Below, one piece after another: positions 1 through 9,306 of a stretch of DNA of 16,915 nt. Numbering within the stretch: the first letter of the stretch is position 1; each line of letters opens with the position of its first letter. The DNA is from Octopus sinensis (Eukaryota): contig NW_021825054.1 in NCBI RefSeq assembly GCF_006345805.1, positions 1 through 16,915 on the forward strand. Direction: 5' to 3'. Below the pieces are notes generated by a model. The model had not been told where the DNA came from. It was given only the letters and a program-made list of their open reading frames with translations, and made no database searches. The position numbers and the translations under genes are program-made.

Positions 1-120
1 GCCGTCCTTGATTGTGATGTTGAACTTAAAAATGGTCTATGACTATTTAATTTTCTCCCACTAGGCCGCTGGTGGCAAAAAAATTGTACAAAATTTTTTG
101 GCACCCTATATTGATTAATT

Positions 121-715
121 ATATATATAAATATATATAAATGTATATATATTTACATATATATAAATAGTATATATATTTACATATATATAAATGTATA
201 TATATTTACATATATATAAATATATATATATTTACATATATATAAATGTATATATATTTACATATATATAAATGTATATATATTTACATATATATAAATG
301 TATATATATTTACATATAATATAATATAATATATGTACATATATATAAATGTATATATTTACATATATATAAATGTAATATATTTACATATATATAAATG
401 TATATATATTTACATATATATAAATGTTATATATTTACATATATATAAATGTATATTATTTACATATATAAATGTATATATATTTACATATATATAAATG
501 TATATATATTTACATATATATAAATGTATATATATTTACATATATATAAATGTATATATATTTACATATATATAAATATATATATATTTACATATATATA
601 AAATATATTATATTTATATATAAATATATATTTACATATATAAATATATATATATTTACATATATATAAATATATATTTACATATATATAAATATATATT
701 TACATATATATAAAT
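121..715. repeat. AT-rich minisatellite, ~26-bp unit (ATATATATAAATGTATATATATTTAC)
   Basis: About 20 tandem, slightly variable copies are directly visible. Confidence 0.95.
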
Positions 716-900
716 ACAAAATGGGACAAGAATGCAAAACATCGGACAGCTAGGTAATACAAAAGGGGTCAACAAAACATCCAGGTAGACGATACAAAGA
801 AAACAAGGACCGGTCATTCGAAGTTTTCTTTCCTTGGTCAAGCACCAGATTATCCTCGCAATTTCAGCTGATTATTCCTGACATATATATATATATATAT

Positions 901-1226
901 TGGCACTCTGTCACTTATGACAACAAGGGTTCCAGTTGATCTGATTTACGGAACAGATTGCTCATGAGATTAACATGCAAGTGGTTGAGCACTCCACAGA
1001 CATGTGTACCACTTCGCATACTTCTCAGGGAGATTCAGCGTGACACAGAGTGTGACAACACTGGCTCTTTGTAAAACAGGTACTACTCATTTTTTGCTAG
1101 ATGAGTGGACTGGAGCAACGTGAAATAAAGTGTTTTGCTCAAGGACACAACACGCCACTGGGAATCAAACTCGTGACCCTATGATCACAACACAAATACC
1201 CTAGCCACTAAGCCATGTGCCTCCAC
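901..1226 (-). mobile_element. tRNA-derived SINE, GTGGAGGC head, body type 1
   Basis: Reverse complement begins gtggaggcacatggcttagtggctaggg (A-box-like), then gagtttgattccc (B-box-like), then gtgtccttgagcaaaacacttt. It sits next to a (AT)n tract. Confidence 0.75.
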
Positions 1227-1439
1227 ATGTATATGTGTGTGTGTGTGGGGAGGTGTATACATATATATGAGTGAGTGGACAAATAAAAGAAGAGGGCACC
1301 CAACACACTTAATAGGTCTTACATGTATTATTTAAAACAATTTGATATGGCTCCGAGTGTCTTAAAGTTTCACCGGTCTCTAAAAGAAACCCATCACTTT
1401 CAGAATTCAGATGGCTACTGGGTGGCCTTACTGGCACGT

Positions 1440-1676
1440 GAACAAAACATTCATGCGTGATCGTTGCCAGTGCCGCTGGACTGACTCCTGTGCAGGTGGC
1501 ACGTAAAAGCACCCACTACACTCTCAGAGTGGTTGGCGTTAGGAAGGGCATCCAGCTGTAGAAACAGTGCCAGATCAGATTGTGGCCTGGTGCAGCCATC
1601 TGGTTCGCCAGTCCTTAGTCAAATCGTCCAACCCCTGCCAGCATGAAAGCGGATGTTAAATGATGATGATGATGAT
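1440..1676 (+). mobile_element. RTE-LINE-type 3' tail fragment ending in (TGA)n
   Basis: Contains ggcacgtaaaagcacccactacactc..gtggttggcgttaggaagggcatccagctgtagaaac, the motif that follows the RTE ORF remnant at ~5770-5850; ends in a (TGA)n tail. Confidence 0.8.
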
Positions 1677-1701
1677 ATGTATGCATGTATGTATGTATAT
1701 G

Positions 1702-1756
<55 letters not shown>

Positions 1757-2290
1757 TATATATATATACACACATACACACACTGGAATGTATGAAAGCA
1801 TGGATGTAGGTGTGATATTGGATATATATATGTATGCATGTGTATGCGAGTGCATGTGTGTCAGTGCCTGCAACACACATGTGCGACATGAATGCATTTA
1901 GGGTGTGAGTATAGGTGTGTCTGTACAGAAGTATATACATTCTTACATTTGTGTATGAACACATGCGTGTGTGGGTGTAAGTTTGAAAGGACTTCTTTCA
2001 GACGTGTGTGTGTGTGTGTGTGTGCATAATATATGTTTTTGTTAATTATCTTTGCAAATGTGGTATTTACATATGTGAGTGTGCAGCTGCATGCACATAT
2101 GCATGTGTGTCTATGTGCATGTGTGTCTATGTGCATGTGTGTCTATGTGCATGTGTAGAAGAGCTTATATGTCTATATGTGCTTTTGTTATTTATATATA
2201 TGCATGTGACAGATGCTGGTGCAATTAAATGAACATATGCATTAATGTGCATTTGTGCTGGTTGTGTGTGTGGGGGCGGTGAGTGTGTGT
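1677..2290. repeat. (TA)n/(TG)n microsatellite and degenerate low-complexity tract
   Basis: A pure (TA)n run at ~1706-1770 is followed by degenerate TG/TA repeats. It produces the YIYI/HTHT pseudo-ORFs. Confidence 0.9.
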
Positions 2291-2748
2291 GAATTTATAT
2301 GTGTTTATGTGTGCACACCACATATAAGGAGGCAAAATTAGGAGTTTGCAAGGGATGCATAAGGTTGTGGGGGTCAGTCTTCATAGAAATAGATGATTGG
2401 AGCCAATGTTAAGGTGGTATATCTGGGTTTTCAGCAGCCAGTGGTTTGAAATTCACCAGAAGGGCATACTTCTGGTGGCAAAGAAATTGCCCTTCCTAAG
2501 GGAACTGCTGTCACTGAGCAACTGATATGACTTTGACAACACCATATGACCCCACTTGACCAATAGCAGCCTGTTTTCCAGTAGCCATCTAAAACCTGAA
2601 AGTGATGGGTTTCCTTTAGAGAGACCTGTGAAACTTTAAGACACCCGGAGCCAAATCAAACTGTTTAAAATAATACATGCAACACCTATTAAGTGCGTTG
2701 GGTGCCCTTTTCTTTTACTTGTCCACTCACTCATATATATGTATACAC

Positions 2749-2770
2749 ACACACACACACACACATATAC

Positions 2771-2806
<36 letters not shown>

Positions 2807-2860
2807 GTACATATATATGTATAGATATACATACACGCACACACACATATATACACATAT
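2749..2860. repeat. (CA)n/(TA)n compound microsatellite
   Basis: Directly visible. Confidence 0.9.
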
Positions 2861-3103
2861 ATCATCATCATCATCATTGTTTAATGTCCGCTTTCCATGC
2901 TGGCATGGGTTTGACGGTTTGACTGAGGACTGCTAATCTAGGAGGCTGCACCAGACTCCAATCTGATCTAGCAAGGTTTCTAAAGCTGAATGCCCTTCCT
3001 AATGTCAACCTCTCTGAGAATGTAGTGGGTGCTTTTTACATGCCACTGGCATGGGAGCCTGTCGGGGCACTGAGATCAACCATGTTTGGATGGTGCTTTT
3101 TAC
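2861..3103 (-). mobile_element. RTE-type 3' tail fragment, minus strand
   Basis: (ATC)n tail at 2861-2877, then the reverse complement of the 1500-1676 sequence (ctgaatgcccttcctaatgtcaacc..gtagtgggtgctttttac). Confidence 0.8.
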
Positions 3104-3191
3104 AAACCCACCCCCACCACACACACAGCGACTTTAAGGTGTGCTGTGTTTGCATGACAGATAACCAAATATATTAAAGCTCAAAATATTT

Positions 3192-3855
3192 TATGAAAGT
3201 CTGCTGAGAACTTCATAGGCTGACAAAAATATTCTCATGGAATGTGTCCACATGAGGCGCATTTTTCAACATAGTACCCCCTTGCAGTCCACACATTTCT
3301 TTCATTGATAATGCAAAGCTTGGATCTCATTGGGGAAGAACTTTTATCCTGCTGCTGAAAAAAGTCCAGTTTCCAGCAAAGTGTTTTTCCATGTTGGGGA
3401 ACAAATGATTGTTAGATGGGGCTAAATCATGAGAATAGAGAGAGTGAACAACCAGTTCAAAGCAACAGTCTTGCACAACAACCACTGAAAGCAAGGACTT
3501 GTGTGCTGGGGTACTGTCCAGATGAAACAAGACCACTTGCATCAGTTTTCCTCAGCATTTGGTTTTGATAACTTTTCATAACTGCCTCAGCAAGTTGGTA
3601 TAGTATTCTCATTGATGGTGTGACCCTTCAATAATCAATAAAAACAATGTCTTCTGCATCCCCAAAAAACTGAGGCCATCACCTTCCTTGCAGATGAAAT
3701 GACCTTTGCTTTCTTTGAAGTAGGTGAGAAGGGATGTTCCAATGCATGGATTGTCTTTTTGTCCCAAAATGATGAGCTCAACAATCATCCTGGCTTAGGA
3801 AACATTCGAGGAAACCAGCTGAATCTGCCTCAAATAAAATCAGATTTTCTCTTGA
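3192..3855 (-). mobile_element. Decayed mariner (DD34D) transposase, 3' two-thirds, with one probable terminal inverted repeat
   Basis: Minus-strand frames give FLSQDDC (first D, cf. TQDE), KVMASVFW-like and LFHLDSTPAH (second D, cf. HQDNAPAH) segments, YSHDLAPSNNHLF (cf. YSPDLAPSDYHLF) and KKCVDCKGYYVEK. A mariner-like end TA-TGAAAGTCTGCTGAGAACTTCATAGGCTGAC lies at 3192-3224. Frameshifts, stops and an internal deletion are present. Confidence 0.9.
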
Positions 3856-3862
3856 TAGGCAC

Positions 3863-4010
3863 AGGAGTGACTGTGTGGTAAGTAGCTTGCTTACGAACCA
3901 CATGGCTCCGGGTTCAGTCCCACTGCATGGAACCTTGGGCAAGTGTCTTCCACTACTATAGCCTCGAGCCAACCAAAGCCTTGTGAGTGGATTTGATAGA
4001 CAGAAACCCT
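3863..4010 (+). mobile_element. tRNA-derived SINE, GGAGTGGCTGTGTGGT family, 5' part
   Basis: Near-identical to 14822-14970 (ggagtgactgtgtggtaagtagcttgc..ggttcagtccc..accttgggcaagtgtctt). It abuts the upstream end of the mariner remnant. Confidence 0.8.
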
Positions 4011-4411
4011 CATATTGTGTAAATGAAATCTCCTGGACAAGATGATTCTTATAAACTGTATAGTAATCCTGTCATGTATAAATCTTTGAAACAGCTGTAG
4101 GAATGATCTTTTGAAAATATCATTGATATTGTTTTCTGTTGTTCTTTCAAATGTGTTTGTATGTGATGTCTATCTCTATTTGTGTGTGTATATGCAAGTC
4201 TCCTTTGCATACACAAGTGGTTTTGGGTCTGTCTCACTGTATGGTACTTTAAGCAAGAGTTTTCTACTTTAGCCCTGGGTCAACCAGTGGCTGCTAAACC
4301 AATCTCTTCGAATTAATTTTTACTACTTAAATATAGTTTTTAAAAAAATCATCCCAAATATCACAATTGATCTCTTTTCCTTTCTTTTTCTGTCTCTTTG
4401 ATCTGTAACAG

Positions 4412-4609
4412 CATTCTCCATCACTTGACTCTAGAACAGGCCATATACCTATATCAGATGGTGATAGCCGTGAACAGCTAATGAAAGCATCCTCAGTCGA
4501 TGCTGACAGCCGGGAACAATTGATTAAAGACCACCTAACTAATCGTATTAACCAGCTAACACTGAATCTTCAGTTGGCTGAAAGCAAAGCAATTAATTTC
4601 CATGCAGAG
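4412..4609 (+). CDS. PPP1R21: PPP1R21 (FERRY subunit Fy-2) internal coding exon, 66 aa, phase 0/0
   Basis: Pyrimidine tract (tttctttttctgtctctttg) and AG at 4410-4411; GTAAGT donor at 4610. Translation HSPSLDSRTGHIPISDGDSREQLMKASSVDADSREQLIKDHLTNRINQLTLNLQLAESKAINFHAE resembles the human PPP1R21 segment ESREDLIKNHYMARIVELTSQLQLADSKSVHFYAE (recalled). The 5' boundary is less certain than the 3' boundary. Confidence 0.9.
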
Positions 4610-4687
4610 GTAAGTTGTTTTCAGTTGCTAACTTTATCCAAAACTTTATTGTGTGTGTGTGTGTGTTTGCATGTGCGCACATGTGAG

Positions 4688-5851
4688 CAAATCCCAAATC
4701 CTTGCTTGATCTGTAGGAAAGGCGTAGGTAGTAACAATATTAGATGTACCTGGTGTAAGCTATGGACACATAAGAGGTACAGCAATATCAGAGGAAGGTT
4801 AACTGGCAAGATGGTTTTTCTGTGTGGAAGGTGCACAGATACAATAAACACCAAAAATGTACAGAAAATAGATTCCATCATATGCCAGTGAAAAAAAACT
4901 AGAAGTAGTTAATAGCTTCCATTACCTAGGTGACCGAGTCAGTAGCAGGGGTGGATGCCCTGAAACCATAGCTGCTTGAATAAAAATAGTCTGGGCAAAG
5001 TTCAGAGAGCTCCTACCTCTGCTGGTAACAAAGGGCCTTTCACTCAGAATGAAAGGTAGACTGTATAATGCCTGTTTGCAAACAACCATGCTACACAACA
5101 GTGAAACATGGACTGTGACTGCTGAGGACATGCACATGCTTGTAAGAAATGAAGCTAATATGCTCCGCTGGATGTGTAATGTCAGTGTGCATACACGACA
5201 GAGTGTAAGCATCCTGAGAGAAAAGTTGGACATATGAAGCATCAGATGTGGTGTGCAAGAGAGACAACTGTACTGGTCATGTGATGCATATGGATGAGGA
5301 GAGCTGTGTGAAGAAGTGTCAAACTCTAATGGTGGAGGGAACCTGTGATAGAGTTAGACTCAGGAAGACATGGGTGAAGTAGTGAAGCACAATCTTTGAA
5401 TGTTGGACTCACACAGACAATGTCAAGTGATCAAGACCTTTGGAGATATGCCATGCTTGAGAAAACCCATCAAGTCAGTGTTGCACAACTGGCCCATTAA
5501 AAGCACCCTTCAATTGTTGGGTGATATGCTGTGCTTGTGAAGACCTGTTGAACTGAGTGAAATTGTAGTTGTGGCCAATGCCAGTGCCATCTGACTGACA
5601 CCGATGCCGGTGACACATAACAAATGCCATTTGAGCATTGGGCCTTATGTAGGCAGAGACAGGTGACCAAGACCCTTGGCAATATACCATGCCTGTGTTG
5701 ACCTAAGTGAGACTGTAGTTGTGGCCAATGCTGGTGTCAGGTCAATGGTACCTGTGCCGGTGGCAGGTAAAAAACACCCACTGCACTCTTGGAATGGTTG
5801 GCATTAAGAAGGGAATCCAGCCATAGAAACCTTACCAAATCAGATTGGAAC
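4688..5851 (+). mobile_element. 5'-truncated, decayed RTE-clade LINE (ORF C-terminus plus 3' UTR)
   Basis: PHD-like CLICRKGVGSNNIRCTWCKLWTHKRYS...CGRC, then LEVVNSFHYLGD (YLG motif), AWAKFRELLP-like and LYNACLQTTMLHNSETW, LRWMC and later RGRPRKTW-like segments. Stops occur at 4889, ~4977 and 5235, with frameshifts. The 3' UTR has internal repeats and the common tail motif. Confidence 0.9.
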
Positions 5852-5970
5852 CTGAGAGTCAAGACTATTGAAAAGGTTGCATGACGCAACGAAAATTTTA
5901 GGACAATAAAAATAAGAAATAAGTGGAAATTTTACTGGTGAGTGTGTTAAATTATAAGGCACAAAAAGAA

Positions 5971-6300
5971 AATGACTCTCCCCAGACACAACAGATTATG
6001 CTTCAACACACAAACTCATATAAAGAATCTTGCAAACCAAATCCAAAAACAAAATAAAGCTTATATAATTTTAAAATACATGAAAACCCTGTTGATGTTC
6101 CTGTAGTTCTAAGGCTGTAATTATTGAGGGCCACTCATTCATCATCTGGATATAATCTTCTGTTGCAAATAGGAAACTTTTATGTTTATGAATTATAAAG
6201 ACAAGTATTTTCTTCATAACTTTCATATAATATTTCAGAATATATTCAGACAACAGATATTTCAAAGAAAACGGTCACAGGTTACCAGCTAAATTACTGG
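5971..6300. repeat. Diverged interspersed repeat, class uncertain (possibly Penelope-like)
   Basis: 5971-6061 aligns by eye at roughly 70% with 13265-13357, so it is repeated. The Penelope suggestion rests only on a vague resemblance to GIY-YIG C-termini. Confidence 0.4.
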
Positions 6301-6366
6301 AATCATGTAACATGGACAATTGGAATTATGAGCCTTTCAGTTATAATATACTCTACATTTATATAT

Positions 6367-6675
6367 CACCGTGATCACTCTAACCGACCAGGCTATCAGA
6401 TGTTGCTATACATCGCTGGTCACAATGCGCCTCACATTGTTTTAGCCTTCAAATGACGCCACCCCGCTGGCTAAGTGAACAGGCCAACAGAAGAAAGAGT
6501 GAGAGAAAGTTGTGGCGAAAGAGTACAGCAGGGATCGCCACCACCCCCTGCCGGAGTCTCGTGGAGCTTTAGGTGTTTTCGCTCAATAAACACTCACAAC
6601 GCCCGATCTGGGAATCGAAACCGCGATCCTACAACCGCGAGTCCACTGCCCTAACCACTGGACCATTGCGCCTCC
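6367..6675 (-). mobile_element. Full-length tRNA-derived SINE, GTGGAGGC head, body type 2, 12-bp TSD
   Basis: Exact TSD ACATTTATATAT at 6355-6366 and 6676-6687. Head ggaggcgcaatggtccagtggttaggg..ggtttcgattccc carries A/B-box-like motifs. Confidence 0.9.
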
Positions 6676-6763
6676 ACATTTATATATAAAGTTCTGTAAT
6701 TTATCACTTTTAAGTGAACTGGCAGAGATTTATATAGGGAAGTATTACTTTACCTGTAATAAG

Positions 6764-6880
6764 AGAGGGTTGGTAACAGGAAGAGCATCCAGCTGTAGAA
6801 AATATGCCTCAACAAATTGTCTCCAACTCATGTGAGCATGCAAAAGTGAGCATTCAAATTATGATGATGATAGTGATGAT
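6764..6880 (+). mobile_element. Short variant RTE-type tail with (TGA)n
   Basis: gggttggtaacaggaagagcatccagctgtagaaa..gcatgcaaaagtgagcattcaaattatgatgatgat. A related fragment lies at ~8790-8850. Confidence 0.55.
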
Positions 6881-7320
6881 ATATAGACTTGTTATCTCTG
6901 CTGCGTCACTTCTTCTCATGATGACAAGAAAGAGAACACTAAACAGTCTTTAATCCAAAATAAATGACTGTTCAAAATGAACAACACTGTTTTTGGCCTG
7001 TAAAAATTACTCCAATTTCACAGTCTTCAATCTTAGTTTTAAAAAAATCTATCACCTTATCTTGTAAGGTTTGTACTATAAAAGCATAATCATTATCACT
7101 ATCAAATTACTGAACATTCATTCTATATTTAATATCTAAACTATGAGACCGGTCATTAGCTTCATAAGTATTTATCTTATCCATGAATTTACTTACACCT
7201 GATCTTTATGTTTAGGAATAATTGTATCGGGGTTCTTCTTGCTGATCTATTCAATATTAGATTTGCTTAGATTAATCAATCTGATCATAGGATCTCTGTT
7301 AAAATCAGTCTTATGGTTCT

Positions 7321-7525
7321 TCAACCCTTTAGCATTCAGATTTCTCTGTCAAATGTAATGCTTATTCATTCCCATTGTTTTGAATTAACCATGCATTACC
7401 TCATAGCTCCAAGATATCAATGATGTGTTTGCTTATTTTTAGAATGGCATTGTAGAACAGGTATGGGATACTAATTCTGGCTAGTTTGAATATAAAACAG
7501 AGAATATTTTGGCTGGATACATCTG
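7321..7525 (+). mobile_element. piggyBac-type MITE remnant, same family as 9307-9752
   Basis: Starts tcaa-CCCTTTAG and aligns along its length with 9311-9516. The right terminus is not recognisable. Confidence 0.7.
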
Positions 7526-7959
7526 TTTTTCTTTTGTTCTGTTCTGTGGTGGTCTTTTTTTGCATCTCATTATTTTGTGGAAGTGGAACACCTAACAACA
7601 TGAATAGTGATTATAATGAACTGAGTTTCTTCGATAGTTTTTGTATAATTTATCTTTTTATCTGTTAATTTGAATAATGCTGTAAAAGCCATGTAACATC
7701 TTGTTGCCACAGTATTGATGAGATCAAGGAACATGACACAGTTAAATCAATTATAAAGCTGTTATCCAGGCTAAAATAATATATATATGCATGAACAGGC
7801 ATGAAAGTGTAGTTACAATGGTCATTTGGCAATCTTGCCCAGATTTGTGCCTTGGAGGGGAACTGTCTAGGTGCAATCCCATTGTCATTCATGACTGAAG
7901 GGGTTCTTTACCCATCTGCTATACACCCACATAATGCAGAGGGTCTCTTCACCAATGTC

Positions 7960-8186
7960 TGCTCATACTGAAAAGCTTACAGATGGCCTGCTGAATCAAA
8001 ATCTGTGTTACTTTGAGGTGAAAGTAAAACTGGACAAACTATGTCTTCCACCGCCAAATATTCTTAGATACTTCAATTTTGCTCATACAGGAAATAGTTT
8101 CCTGGAAAATACACGTTCATATAATAATGAGCTAGCATTGGCTTGTCCGGGTTGCAGAGAGAGACCCAAGATTTAGTCCTACTTCT
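7960..8186 (+). mobile_element. Helitron-like Rep/helicase N-terminal fragment
   Basis: CYFEVKVKLDKLCLPPPNIL...FLENTRSYNNELALACPG resembles the Helitron CCxxGKVxLxxLxxPP..L...FLxNIRxYNSxxAxxSxG region. After a frameshift it reads PRFSPT (cf. PGFNPTF-type). Motifs are recalled. Confidence 0.6.
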
Positions 8187-8233
8187 CAGCAGTTTTGTAC
8201 AACAAACATGATTTACACTAGTAGAAAATCACT

Positions 8234-8648
8234 AAAGGCGGCGAGCTGGCAGAAACGTTAGCACACTGGGCGAAATGCTTAGCGGTATTTTGTCTACTAT
8301 TACATTCTGAGTTCGAATTCCACCGAGGTCGACTTTGCCTTTCATCCTTTCAGGGTCGATAAATCAAGTACCAGTTATGCACTGGGTTGATGTAATCGAC
8401 TTAGTCCGTTTGTCTGTCCTTGTTTGTCCCCTCTGTGTTTGGCCCTTGTGGGTAGTAAAGAAATAGGTATTTGGTCTGCCGTTACGTTCTGAGTTAAGAT
8501 TCTACCGAGGTTGAGTTTGCCTTTCATCTTTTCGTGATCGATTAAATAAGTACCAGTTACGCACTGGGTCAATGTAATCGACTTAATCCCTTTGTCTGTC
8601 CTTGTTTGTCCCCTCTATGTTTAGCCCCTTGTGGGCAATAAAGAAATA
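8234..8648 (+). mobile_element. Dimeric tRNA-derived SINE (GGCGGCGAGCTGGCAG family) with a single 11-bp TSD
   Basis: Full monomer at 8234-~8465 plus a 5'-truncated monomer at ~8466-8648. Exact TSD AGAAAATCACT at 8223-8233 and 8649-8659. Confidence 0.92.
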
Positions 8649-8899
8649 AGAAAATCACTTGTGGAGTGGTATTTCTGCCAGCATATAATGGAGTTATCTA
8701 TACTTCAGTTCTTCATTGAAATATATCTTTGTGATTGACTATAAGTCAAAATTATAAATGCATTAATAGATAGGAAACAAAACATTACCTGACTTGGAAA
8801 TAGGTGGGGACTGGCATCAGGAAGGGCATTAGGCCATAAAAAGCCTGTCACACTATAAATAGTGATATTCATATTTATATACATTGTTTTGTAGTCATG

Positions 8900-9042
8900 A
8901 GTATGGTAGTTTAGTTAGGAGGCTTGCTTCTTAAACACATAGTTTTAGGTTCAGTCCCACAGCATAGCACCTTGAGCAAGTGTCTTCTACTATAGCTTCG
9001 GGCCAATAGAGGCTTTGTGAGTGAATTTGGTTAGCAGAAATT
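8900..9042 (+). mobile_element. Diverged copy of the GGAGTGGCTGTGTGGT SINE family
   Basis: ggttcagtcccac..caccttgagcaagtgtcttctactatagc..ttgtgagtgaatttgg matches the 3863 and 14822 copies. Confidence 0.7.
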
Positions 9043-9306
9043 TCTATCCTGCATATACACATGTGTGAAAGTGCTTGTGCCTCCTTTAATACATAAGAGA
9101 GAATCGAATAACTGTTCCCATGATAAACTTCATTTATGGTTAATGCAAATTGGTAAATGCAGTGTGTCTGTAAAGCCGTGGTGGGGTTTCAAAACTATTT
9201 GTTGACGTAACTACCAACACTACACGTTTCATACACATGTTGAATAAGAGACCAACTAATAAAGTTTATATTGCCCTACACATATCTAATCAATACTCCA
9301 GTCAGA

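Larger units (their letters stand above)
1253..2748. repeat. Segment bounded by ~170-bp inverted repeats (1253-1421 / 2578-2748); possible non-autonomous TIR element
   Basis: Manual alignment of the left arm with the reverse complement of the right arm gives roughly 90% identity. Both outer ends run into TATATA and simple repeat. Confidence 0.65.

Noticed and set aside
721-886. Non-simple sequence between AT repeats, with an internal caaaacatc duplication
   Set aside because: It is probably a repeat fragment, but there is no second copy in the window and no recognisable coding motif, so it cannot be classified.
656-2936. ORFs 656-841, 1615-2232 and 2636-2936 (YIYI, HTHT and CVCV-rich)
   Set aside because: They are translations of (TA)n, (CA)n and (TG)n tracts, which lack stops in several frames.
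4240-4290. Faint SINE fragment (gtactttaagcaagagttttctactttagcc)
   Set aside because: It is too short and diverged to support as a feature.
4481-4891. 136-aa ORF as a stand-alone gene
   Set aside because: It is a chimera of a PPP1R21 exon, intron and an RTE fragment, and a consensus donor lies at 4610.
6590-6675. tRNA gene (also 8234-8330, 10958-11050 and 14240-14321)
   Set aside because: The A/B boxes are part of larger TSD-flanked elements, and I could not build a complete cloverleaf. They are SINE heads.
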